From IMG/VR virus record IMGVR_UViG_3300009424_000185, positions 1-40,402 of that record: a stretch of DNA of 40,402 bases; one strand, given 5' to 3'. This DNA comes from a virus. Its lineage: Duplodnaviria > Caudoviricetes. Below the pieces are notes generated by a model. The model was not told where the DNA came from and searched no databases. It worked only from the letters and a program-made list of their open reading frames with translations. How positions within the stretch are numbered: position 1 is the first letter of the stretch; every line of letters starts with the position of its first letter. A program made the translations under genes and the position numbers. Below are positions 1 to 8,253 of this stretch, piece by piece.

Positions 1-140
1 CACGGTCCGCCGCACGGTCCGCCGCACGGTCCGCCGCACGGTCCGCCGCAGAGTCCGCCGCAGAGTCCGCCGCAGAGTCCGCCGCATCGTGGTCCAACGC
101 ACGGTCCGCCGCACGGTCCGCCGAAGCGTGGTCCGCCGCA
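1..140 (+). repeat. 12-bp tandem repeat GCA(CGG/GAG)TCCGCC, coding
   Basis: About 11 units, with degenerate copies at 84-98 and 123-140. GC-rich relative to the rest of the window. Variation is concentrated in one codon (CGG/GAG/TGG). Confidence 0.95.
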
Positions 141-194
141 CGAGACATGTTCAATACTATGATTGACGAAGCTTTCGATGGTAATAATGGTTAG
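3..194 (+). CDS. Partial (5'-truncated) CDS, Ala/Ser-rich tetrapeptide-repeat protein
   Basis: Frame 3 is open from the window edge to TAG at 192-194 and reads RSAARSAARSAARSAAESAAESAAESAASWSNARSAARSAEAWSAARDMFNTMIDEAFDGNNG*. It ends 6 nt before the next ATG. Confidence 0.75.
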   Translation, partial: RSAARSAARSAARSAAESAAESAAESAASWSNARSAARSAEAWSAARDMFNTMIDEAFDGNNG

Positions 195-200
195 TGAAAA

Positions 201-653
201 ATGACGAATAATCTATCATACTCCCATTCTCTGCTCGCAGTTTATGGTTCGCTTCGTATTGGCCAACAAGCCAATCATCGCCTTCAGAACGATTCATTTA
301 AGTATATAGGGCCTAATAAAATACTTGGAACACTTTTTCCTGTTGGATGGTTTCCGGGTTTGCTTCTTTTCGGGGATACAGAAATTATTGTTGATGTATA
401 CGAAATATTGGATGAACAAGGCCTTAACCCTATAAATCAGTACGAAGGGTATTATACATCGTCAAATATTGACAGCCTTTTTACACTTGAAACTACCACT
501 CTCATTGATACTAAAGAGGAAACTTATTGTTATGAATACAACGGAAACTTTAGAGCCGCCGGAAACGCTATTGAACATGGAGATTGGGCAAAATACCTCT
601 CCGAAAAAGAAGAAAGCAGGGAGAGTTTTTTTTCCGAATGCGATTCCTGTTAA
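201..653 (+). CDS. Gamma-glutamylcyclotransferase (GGCT/AIG2-like)
   Basis: VYGSLR motif, YEGY catalytic Glu region and C-terminal IEHGDW. Confidence 0.9.
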   Translation: MTNNLSYSHSLLAVYGSLRIGQQANHRLQNDSFKYIGPNKILGTLFPVGWFPGLLLFGDTEIIVDVYEILDEQGLNPINQYEGYYTSSNIDSLFTLETTTLIDTKEETYCYEYNGNFRAAGNAIEHGDWAKYLSEKEESRESFFSECDSC

Positions 654-1605
654 ACCTCTTGAATTTGATCGTTCAAAAATCAAAAAGCACAGCAAAAAAG
701 AAATTCAGCAAGCGGGAAAAGCACTAAAAGAAAAATATTCCACTTTTAGTAGTACGGCTAATTGGTTAGTTCCGAACGATGGTAAAAATTGGGATGATGT
801 TGCGCCCTATACATCAAAGCCTTGTCACGCAAATCTTATAAGCTTGACTAGAGACAATCACTATGATGGTCTTATTGCGACAGAAAACGGGGCAAAGAGA
901 GTATCACTAAAGAATAAAAATGGTTTGGAGACTTATAGGCCCTTTTTGTCATGGTTTCTTTATGAGTCACCTTACGGTGAGTTTATTCTAAACCGAGATA
1001 ATTTCCACGAATGTTTGAAATACGGTTTTGTTTTTTCATTCTCCCTTCCTCAACCTATTTTCATGAATATGTGCATTATAAGCAGGCATTTTTATGAAAT
1101 TAATAAAGAGTCTTTCGAAATATTCAACAAATTGACACTTCAAGAAAAACTGGACCCGACAATTTGTTATTCAATGATCTTTAACTCTTATTTTTCTAAT
1201 TCACCTACACTTTCAAACGCACATATGAGTTTTTGTGGTCACAGAGTAACTGAATGTTATGAACCATCAGGCTTGAAAAATATTTTCAATGGTGTTTATG
1301 GGGAGAACTTAAACCAAAAAAATATTAAAGATACCGGAAAATTCAGTGGGGCTTCTTTGTTGTTTAAGGATAGCAACCACACAAGAAATTTCCATTCTTG
1401 GGCTGTAGAACAAGAAGAATTTATTGATTTTCTTAAAAAACAAAGAAAAGGAAATGAAAAAGTAGAAAAGTACTCTCCGCCTAATCCTTTCAAACCAACT
1501 ACTTACAATTTTGGAGGTGATTTAGGCAGAGGGCGATTCACAAACAAAGAGGCATTCGATTTTGTAATTCACTGGCTTGATGCTCTAATTAGAAAGGAAC
1601 TATAG
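532..1605 (+). CDS. Hypothetical protein in the amidoligase cluster (start uncertain: 469/532/577)
   Basis: Long ORF filling the gap between GGCT and the GATase. ATG 532 has AGAGGA upstream. No recognised motif. Confidence 0.75.
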   Translation: MNTTETLEPPETLLNMEIGQNTSPKKKKAGRVFFPNAIPVKPLEFDRSKIKKHSKKEIQQAGKALKEKYSTFSSTANWLVPNDGKNWDDVAPYTSKPCHANLISLTRDNHYDGLIATENGAKRVSLKNKNGLETYRPFLSWFLYESPYGEFILNRDNFHECLKYGFVFSFSLPQPIFMNMCIISRHFYEINKESFEIFNKLTLQEKLDPTICYSMIFNSYFSNSPTLSNAHMSFCGHRVTECYEPSGLKNIFNGVYGENLNQKNIKDTGKFSGASLLFKDSNHTRNFHSWAVEQEEFIDFLKKQRKGNEKVEKYSPPNPFKPTTYNFGGDLGRGRFTNKEAFDFVIHWLDALIRKEL

Positions 1606-1608
1606 ACA

Positions 1609-2310
1609 GTGTTATCTCCTGTTAAACGATACACCGACAAAGACCTGCCATTCATTGACGGAAACCCAAAAATTTACGTATGTCTGGGCGGTCAATTCGG
1701 TTTAATCACTACTATGTTCGCTCAAATTGGTTTTGCTAAAGCCAAAACTATTGAAGAAGCTGACTTGATTGTTTACGGAGGAGGTAACGATGTGTCTCCT
1801 TCCTTCTATAATCAAAAACCTATTCTTCAATGTGGTTGGCCGGACAAGGATCGAGACAATCTTGAGAAACAAATCTTTGAAAAAGCTGTTGAACTTGGTA
1901 TCCCTCAAATGGGTATTTGCCGAGGCGCACAGTTTCTTCATGTAATGTGTGGGGGTTCTTTATGGCAACATGTTAACAATCACACGAAGTCTCATATGAT
2001 GTTTGACATTACTTCTAATGTTCTTGTTTACACATCATCAACCCACCATCAAATGATGCAATTCAACGAAGACATGACTCTTCTTGCTTGTTGTGACGAT
2101 GATGTTGCTACTTTTTTCAAAGATGAACTTCAAACTATCGACTACAAAAAAGAACATGATGTTCAATTGGAAGTAGAAGTTTGTTCCTATGAAAAGTATA
2201 GGACATTGTGCATTCAAGGGCACCCTGAATATGGTCCTCTTGAATTTACTTCTTGGTCTTTACATCTTCTCAAGGACTGGTTCACTGTAAATAGAAAGGA
2301 AAATAACTAA
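1609..2310 (+). CDS. Class I glutamine amidotransferase / peptidase C26-like
   Basis: GGGNDV oxyanion strand, GICRGAQ nucleophile elbow and QGHPE triad. AAGGA RBS upstream of GTG. Confidence 0.92.
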   Translation: MLSPVKRYTDKDLPFIDGNPKIYVCLGGQFGLITTMFAQIGFAKAKTIEEADLIVYGGGNDVSPSFYNQKPILQCGWPDKDRDNLEKQIFEKAVELGIPQMGICRGAQFLHVMCGGSLWQHVNNHTKSHMMFDITSNVLVYTSSTHHQMMQFNEDMTLLACCDDDVATFFKDELQTIDYKKEHDVQLEVEVCSYEKYRTLCIQGHPEYGPLEFTSWSLHLLKDWFTVNRKENN

Positions 2311-3719
2311 TGTGTGGAATTGTAGGAATGGCAGGCGATCTAAATATTAAGGATCGAGACCTTTTTGAAGACCTTCTAACTGTTTGCCAGCTTCGAGGCC
2401 GAGACTCTACAGGAGTTATTCGTGTATCGAAAGAAAAGGAAGGATATTCTTGGGCAAAAAATCTTGGAACCCCTGAGTATCTATTCGAGAGTCGAACTTA
2501 TAATCGAGAAATTCGTCAAATCGGTATAAGCGCATTGGTGGGTCATTGTCGTCATAAAACTATTGGAGATGTTTCTATTTCTTCTGCTCACCCTTTCGAT
2601 ATTGAAGAGAAAGGAATCGTGGGTGTTCATAACGGCACCCTTAAGAATTTCTATAGGTTTCCTGAGCATAAAAGTGGTATGGTCGATAGTCAAGTCATCT
2701 ATGAACGTATTGCTTTGCACGGTGCAATTGAGACCTTCTCTGATCTTGAAGGCGCTTACGCCTGTGTATGGTGGGATCAAGAAGCAGGGAAACTAAACTT
2801 TATTCGTAACAAAGAACGCCCTCTTTGGTATACTTACAGCAAAGATTGTCGTAAGATGTTTTGGGCTAGCGAGCCTTGGATGTTTGGGGCTATCTATCGT
2901 AAAGAAAATCTTTGGGACGGCGGAAAAGAAGGTAAAGTTTACCGATCTTTTGAAGAAGATGTTCTTTACTCTATTGAAATCTCTCCTAACGCCTATAAAG
3001 GCAAACCCGTATTTAAGGTGTCGGAGAGTAAGAAGATAGAAAAAAAAGAACAATTCTCAGTTGGGTTTCAAGGAAACGGAACTCATTGTTGTTTCAGGAC
3101 GAATACGAACGGGGCTTCTACGAATACAACTTCAGAAAATAAAGGAGGAGAGGTAGCCAACCCTTTTCTCAACGACGAACTGCCCCAACATTTGACAGTT
3201 CCGGCCAAGCAGCCCGCGAAAACTACAAAGTTTGGGACTACACAACAGAACAACAACAATTCTACCACTCCCTCGAAGCTCTCCTTGGTCCAGTCAGTGC
3301 CATCGACGAGTACGGAATCTTCGTCGAAGTTCTCGATATCCCCTCCGTTCAACAGTTCGCCTCCCTCTCAAAGAACCAACAGAAAAAAACTATCCGTCGT
3401 TTCCGACGTCAAGCAAAACGATGGATCGAAAAACAACGAGCCTGATACATCCAATATTTATCAAGCTAACGTGGGTGTTGACACTCGTTATATTTACGTT
3501 GTCGATACTGAGTATATCACAGACCTTCGAACTAAAGTCGAAGTAAGTGAACAAGAGTTCAAAGAAAATACAGGAGGAGCCTGTTGTCATTGTGAAGTAG
3601 AAATAACAAGTCTAAAAGAAGTAGCGGAGATTTTTGATAAAGGTAAACGATTTATTTGTAAAACTTGCGTAACACCTAATTCAAATTATGTTTATGATGT
3701 AATAAAGGAGCTTGCATAA
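2310..3719 (+). CDS. Class II (Ntn) glutamine amidotransferase with low-complexity linker and C-terminal Zn finger
   Basis: MCGIVG (Cys1), RGRDSTG, GHCRH, HPF, HNGT, DS, GAYA and RNxERPL motifs. C-terminal CxxC...CxxC. Confidence 0.93.
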   Translation: MCGIVGMAGDLNIKDRDLFEDLLTVCQLRGRDSTGVIRVSKEKEGYSWAKNLGTPEYLFESRTYNREIRQIGISALVGHCRHKTIGDVSISSAHPFDIEEKGIVGVHNGTLKNFYRFPEHKSGMVDSQVIYERIALHGAIETFSDLEGAYACVWWDQEAGKLNFIRNKERPLWYTYSKDCRKMFWASEPWMFGAIYRKENLWDGGKEGKVYRSFEEDVLYSIEISPNAYKGKPVFKVSESKKIEKKEQFSVGFQGNGTHCCFRTNTNGASTNTTSENKGGEVANPFLNDELPQHLTVPAKQPAKTTKFGTTQQNNNNSTTPSKLSLVQSVPSTSTESSSKFSISPPFNSSPPSQRTNRKKLSVVSDVKQNDGSKNNEPDTSNIYQANVGVDTRYIYVVDTEYITDLRTKVEVSEQEFKENTGGACCHCEVEITSLKEVAEIFDKGKRFICKTCVTPNSNYVYDVIKELA

Positions 3720-4625
3720 ATGACTAACTATAGTCCTAAATTTACAATTGGTTGTGACCCGGAAGTATTCGTAACAAAGAGAGGGAAACCTTTCAGTGCT
3801 TACAATATTCTTGAGGGTACTAAAGAAAGTCCTCATAAAACTATCGGAGGTGCGTATCAAGTGGATGGTATGGCTGCTGAGTTTAATACCGATCCTGTTG
3901 CCTTAAGAACTTATCGAGGATATGAAACAAAAGAATTTCACCATTGGAATAATTTGATTACTTCTCAGATTAAACAAATCAGGGATAATCTACCTAAAGG
4001 TTGTTCTCTAAAAATTTCTCCTACCATGAATTTCGGTAAAGAGTTTCTGGATAAACAACCGGATGAGGCTAAAGAGCTAGGTTGCGATCCTGATTACAAT
4101 GCCTATACTCTTGAAGAAAATCCTCGTCCTGATGGAGAAAAAACTTTCCGAACGGGGGCAGGTCATATTCATATTGGCTGGGGTAGTGACATTCCCCCTC
4201 TTAATGAAGAGCATATGGAAATTTGTGCTAACTTCATTAAAACATTGGACGCTACTGTGGGTTTGTTCATGACGTTTGTTGATCGTGACCCTCTCCGCAG
4301 AGAACTTTACGGTAAAGCCGGGGCGTTTCGACCAAAACCCTATGGTGTAGAGTATCGAACGCCTTCGAATGTTTGGATTAAAAACAAAGACATGCGTGAA
4401 TGTATTTGGCTTTTGGTGCAAATGGCAATAACGTACCAAATGCAACATAAAACCCAAATAGATATTTGTGGTTTTGAAAATGTTCAAAAAGTAATTGATG
4501 AAGGAAACCACCAAGAGGCTTTAAAAGGTCTTTATTACCTTCTAAGGTTAAAATATTATTGGTTAGAACCTAGTTGTTTTGGCAGGGTAATTGCAAAAAC
4601 GAAAGAGGAATATGGTGATGCCTAA
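3720..4625 (+). CDS. phiEco32-like COOH-NH2 ligase type 2
   Basis: IGCDPE, DGMAAEFN, GCDPDYNAY, GHIHIG, RRELYGKAGAFRPKPYGVEYRTPSN motifs. Confidence 0.92.
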   Translation: MTNYSPKFTIGCDPEVFVTKRGKPFSAYNILEGTKESPHKTIGGAYQVDGMAAEFNTDPVALRTYRGYETKEFHHWNNLITSQIKQIRDNLPKGCSLKISPTMNFGKEFLDKQPDEAKELGCDPDYNAYTLEENPRPDGEKTFRTGAGHIHIGWGSDIPPLNEEHMEICANFIKTLDATVGLFMTFVDRDPLRRELYGKAGAFRPKPYGVEYRTPSNVWIKNKDMRECIWLLVQMAITYQMQHKTQIDICGFENVQKVIDEGNHQEALKGLYYLLRLKYYWLEPSCFGRVIAKTKEEYGDA

Positions 4626-5295
4626 TGAAGAAAAGAATAAGTTCTTCTGGACAGATGAAGTTCAAGCTCAAGAACGGTTGAACAATACTTTCATTAAACA
4701 CAATGATGATGTTGTATTTGTTTCTCACATCGAAAATGAAAAGATTTTCTACATCAATTACGTGGATGACACTATTGGTAACGATACTCTAGATAGTGTT
4801 TCATGGAAAAGATTTAGAGTTCTTCCCCCTATCGGTTGGCTGAATATTGACAGACAAAAAGATGTTCACCGGGGAGTAAAAAAGTATGTCGGTGGTGTCT
4901 ATCTTAACCGTAGGGCAGTTCGTTCTCGTTCTCACGGCCTTAATGACACCAACATACAAATTTTTAGTTTTCAACCAGATGAGAAAGGCCTTGTTAACGA
5001 CAAAAGTTTCATACTGAAAGATGTTTATAAGTGCGGGTTCTACAAAGACCCTGAACAATACCCTTCTTTCACGGAAGCTTTCAGGCATTTGCGTAATGGT
5101 TTTTGTGTCGCTCTTTCTCCTAAGTTTGCTTTGATTAAAGACAGCGACGGTCTTACTTGGTTATACCGAAAAAGACTTAAAGTGGCTCTCATTCCTAATG
5201 TTGCCACTCTTTTCCTTTTAGCATCGTGTAAATATTATCGAGAAGACATTCTAGAAAACCACCACATTCTTCCTCTCGAACTTAAGGAATTGTAA
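4618..5295 (+). CDS. Hypothetical protein in the amidoligase cluster
   Basis: Translationally coupled ORF with GAGGA RBS before ATG 4612/4618. Confidence 0.8.
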   Translation: MPNEEKNKFFWTDEVQAQERLNNTFIKHNDDVVFVSHIENEKIFYINYVDDTIGNDTLDSVSWKRFRVLPPIGWLNIDRQKDVHRGVKKYVGGVYLNRRAVRSRSHGLNDTNIQIFSFQPDEKGLVNDKSFILKDVYKCGFYKDPEQYPSFTEAFRHLRNGFCVALSPKFALIKDSDGLTWLYRKRLKVALIPNVATLFLLASCKYYREDILENHHILPLELKEL

Positions 5296-5296
5296 A

Positions 5297-6379
5297 ATGT
5301 CGTTTATTGATAAACTTCAAGAAAATTTTGAAGATAATACATCCGTGTTTGTCGGCGGCAAGCCCCTTAATCGTCCTTGCTACGAAAAAGGTCCTATTTT
5401 CCCTGACGGTGAAGTAGGTATCGAATTAGAAATAGAGGGTCAACGGCTTCCTTCGGGCGCTACCATTGCTGATTTGATGTCAAAAGAAACTCAAAAGTAT
5501 TGGGCTGCGGTCAACGACGGTTCTCTTCGCGGTGGTCTGGAATATGTTCTTACGGGTCCTATTAAAACCAGCGAAGTTCGACAAATGGTTGATGGTCTTT
5601 TCAACAAGTTTAAAGAAAACGGTTCTAAAATTAAAAACAGTAATCGTTGTTCAACACACGTTCATGTAAATGTAAGCGATCTTAAAGTAAACGAACTTAC
5701 TTCTGTTATCTCTCTTTGGTGTACGTTTCAAACACCCTTCATTAAATGGTGGGGAGAAGAACGTGTAAGCAATCATTTCTGTCTTTCGTCTCGTGACGAA
5801 GAATCAATGGTATCGTCTTGGATTGCTTATCTTAAGTGTGGTCAGCTTAATATGTATAGAACACGAGACGGATTGAAATATACCGCTTTGAATATTCTTC
5901 CAATTTTTTCTCAAGGGTCTATTGAGTTTAGAGCCGGCGGTCCTCCCAATGATCCTGATAAAGTCGTATATTGGGCCAAGATTTGTAACGCAATTGTACG
6001 TTACGCTGTAGAACATTTTAAAAATCCTTTAGCTCTTGGGTACGCTTTGTCAGAACAAGGTCCTGAAGAACTTTTGATGAGTATTCTCGTGAAAGCTAAT
6101 CTTGGGCCTATCACTTGCCAGAACATCTACCAAGAACTTACCGAGGACGGTCAACTTACCGCCGATGCTTTTAACGACTTTAGAGATGTTCAAGCTCTCT
6201 TGTATTCTTTCCCTTGGGATAATTACATGGGGGAATTTTACAAAGAGATTATTCCTGATCCTTTTGAAACCAAGACAGTAAAATATAATAATTTACTTTT
6301 TGACGTGTTCGAACCAGCAAACCCAGCAATAATCCGCCAACAACCAGAAGAAAGGGATGATTTTGATGACGATGAATAA
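5297..6379 (+). CDS. Putative amidoligase (glutamine-synthetase/COOH-NH2 ligase fold)
   Basis: GIELEIE, DGSLR, EYV, HVHVN, KYTALN and SIEFR motifs. Confidence 0.9.
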   Translation: MSFIDKLQENFEDNTSVFVGGKPLNRPCYEKGPIFPDGEVGIELEIEGQRLPSGATIADLMSKETQKYWAAVNDGSLRGGLEYVLTGPIKTSEVRQMVDGLFNKFKENGSKIKNSNRCSTHVHVNVSDLKVNELTSVISLWCTFQTPFIKWWGEERVSNHFCLSSRDEESMVSSWIAYLKCGQLNMYRTRDGLKYTALNILPIFSQGSIEFRAGGPPNDPDKVVYWAKICNAIVRYAVEHFKNPLALGYALSEQGPEELLMSILVKANLGPITCQNIYQELTEDGQLTADAFNDFRDVQALLYSFPWDNYMGEFYKEIIPDPFETKTVKYNNLLFDVFEPANPAIIRQQPEERDDFDDDE

Positions 6380-7166
6380 AAACCGAAAACGAAGAGTCCG
6401 ACTTATTCCTTATAAACAAGGTTCGCTTTCTTGCAAGAATATAGCAGAAGCTATCGGAGCCAAGAGAATTAAAGTCAACGGGCAAAGTCGTTTCCAAAAC
6501 ACCGCCGATGATTTCTGTATTAATTGGGGTAATTCTGCCGCCTTAGATAATATTGATTATCGTTACGTTCTCAATCATCCAGAAGCAGTACGAGAAACTT
6601 CTAACAAGCTCTCGTTCTTTCAACGTGTGAGCCAAGAAGGTTTGCAAGAACTAGTTCCAAATTTTTATACTAACAAAGAGGACATTCCTAATGATGTATC
6701 GTTTCCAATTGTTTGTCGAACAATTCTCAATGGTCACAGCGGTCGAGGTATCGTTATTGCTAATTGCCGTGATGAGTTGGTTGACGCTCCTCTCTTCACT
6801 CAATACGTAAAGAAGACCACCGAGTATCGTATTCACTTTGCGTATCCGCTGCGGGGTGATAAGCAAGAATCTATCATACTCGCAGTGCAGCAAAAACGTA
6901 GGCGGCTTGACCACGACAACCCGAACTGGCAAATTCGTAATCACGACAACGGTTTTATCTACGCTCGTGAAGATGTAAACCCTCCTGATTGCGTTATTGC
7001 GTCTGCTCGAATGATTTTTGAGCAAGCTACAGACCTTGACTTTGGTGCAGTAGATGTGGTATATAATCAGCACTACGACCGAGCGTACGTTCTAGAAGTC
7101 AATACGGCCCCCGGACTAGAGGGTCAAACACTCAACGACTACGCCAAACACTTTGGAGATATTTAG
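6372..7166 (+). CDS. ATP-grasp ligase (phage type)
   Basis: INWG, NKL, GHSGRGI, EYRIH, IRNHDNGF, DFGAVDV and VLEVNTAPGL motifs. Confidence 0.92.
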   Translation: MNKNRKRRVRLIPYKQGSLSCKNIAEAIGAKRIKVNGQSRFQNTADDFCINWGNSAALDNIDYRYVLNHPEAVRETSNKLSFFQRVSQEGLQELVPNFYTNKEDIPNDVSFPIVCRTILNGHSGRGIVIANCRDELVDAPLFTQYVKKTTEYRIHFAYPLRGDKQESIILAVQQKRRRLDHDNPNWQIRNHDNGFIYAREDVNPPDCVIASARMIFEQATDLDFGAVDVVYNQHYDRAYVLEVNTAPGLEGQTLNDYAKHFGDI

Positions 7167-7167
7167 A

Positions 7168-7338
7168 ATGTCTTTTAGTAACGTAATTCCTACGTGGGCT
7201 CTAATGCCCGTAAGAGTAGTTGGCCGTTATACTAATGGTAAATACCTAGGTGAAGGTTTTGAATCAAAGAAAGACGCTAAGTGGTTCATTCATAACGAGG
7301 GCGACCACATTTCTGAATACGAAATTTTAGAGGATTAA
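7168..7338 (+). CDS. Small hypothetical protein
   Basis: GGAG RBS before ATG 7168. Fills the operon gap. Confidence 0.6.
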   Translation: MSFSNVIPTWALMPVRVVGRYTNGKYLGEGFESKKDAKWFIHNEGDHISEYEILED

Positions 7339-7342
7339 TATA

Positions 7343-7561
7343 ATGCGCTGTCATATCTGTAATGCTGCCCTATCCGCCGGAGAAATCCAACGTAACCACG
7401 ATCACAAGGATTGGGACCCGTGTAATCGGTGTCTAGAGGCTATTGATGACGTGTTTAATGACCGTACGGAAGAAGAAATTGACGAAGAGCTTTCCATCCT
7501 TCTTTATGAAGATGAACCTACTGCTGAAGAACTGTTGGAAAACAGTAACTTAGAGGAATAA
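7343..7561 (+). CDS. Small Zn-finger protein with acidic tail
   Basis: CHIC...CNRC followed by a D/E-rich C-terminus. AGGA RBS. Confidence 0.75.
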   Translation: MRCHICNAALSAGEIQRNHDHKDWDPCNRCLEAIDDVFNDRTEEEIDEELSILLYEDEPTAEELLENSNLEE

Positions 7562-7565
7562 ATCA

Positions 7566-8120
7566 ATGAGTGGGCAAACATGGGTCTACAGCGATCCACA
7601 CTTTTATCACCATAATATCTGTAAGTTTACTAAAAAAGATGGGTCTAAGCTACGTCCTTGGGACAATGCCGAACAGATGACAGAGGATATGATTAAGTGG
7701 TACAACGAAATGGTAGACGACCGTGATCGTGTTTATATCCTTGGTGATGTTGCTTTTAGTAACAAGAACATGCAACGTTCGGTGTCTCGACTAAAAGGGC
7801 GTAAGGTTCTTATTCCGGGGAACCATGAGCCACCTAAGATGCGACAATATTTTGATCTCTTTGACGACGTACGAGGGTATGTGGTAAAGAAAGGTTTCAT
7901 TATGTCTCATATCCCTATCCATCCGGGCAGTCTTAGTAGGTGGCAACTGAACATTCATGGACATCTTCACGCGAATAATGTAAAGAAATTTGTAAACGTT
8001 AAAGGGGACTACATCGAAACTCTGACTGAAGATGAAAAATATTATTGTGCTTGCGTAGAAAACACTGATTTTAGACCAAAACTTCTCGACGATATTCTCA
8101 AAGAAACAGGACTACGATAA
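7566..8120 (+). CDS. Calcineurin-like metallophosphoesterase
   Basis: SDPHF, LGD, GNH, SH and HGH motifs. Confidence 0.9.
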   Translation: MSGQTWVYSDPHFYHHNICKFTKKDGSKLRPWDNAEQMTEDMIKWYNEMVDDRDRVYILGDVAFSNKNMQRSVSRLKGRKVLIPGNHEPPKMRQYFDLFDDVRGYVVKKGFIMSHIPIHPGSLSRWQLNIHGHLHANNVKKFVNVKGDYIETLTEDEKYYCACVENTDFRPKLLDDILKETGLR

Positions 8121-8137
8121 AAATATAAAAATAAAGC

Positions 8138-8166
8138 TTGACAAACCACACAAAGTAGTGTATAAT
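8138..8166 (+). promoter_or_regulatory. Sigma70 consensus promoter upstream of primase-helicase
   Basis: TTGACA (8138-8143), 17-nt spacer, TATAAT (8161-8166), A-rich upstream element. Confidence 0.92.
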
Positions 8167-8253
8167 ATACTTATAGAGTCCTGAGAGGTAATCCTATAAG
8201 TATCAATTAACAATTGTTGTTATAACAATAATATCTAGAGAAGGAGATTTAGG

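Noticed and set aside
1-140. CRISPR array or telomere-like repeat
   Set aside because: The 12-bp units have no spacers, and the variation respects codons of an open frame.
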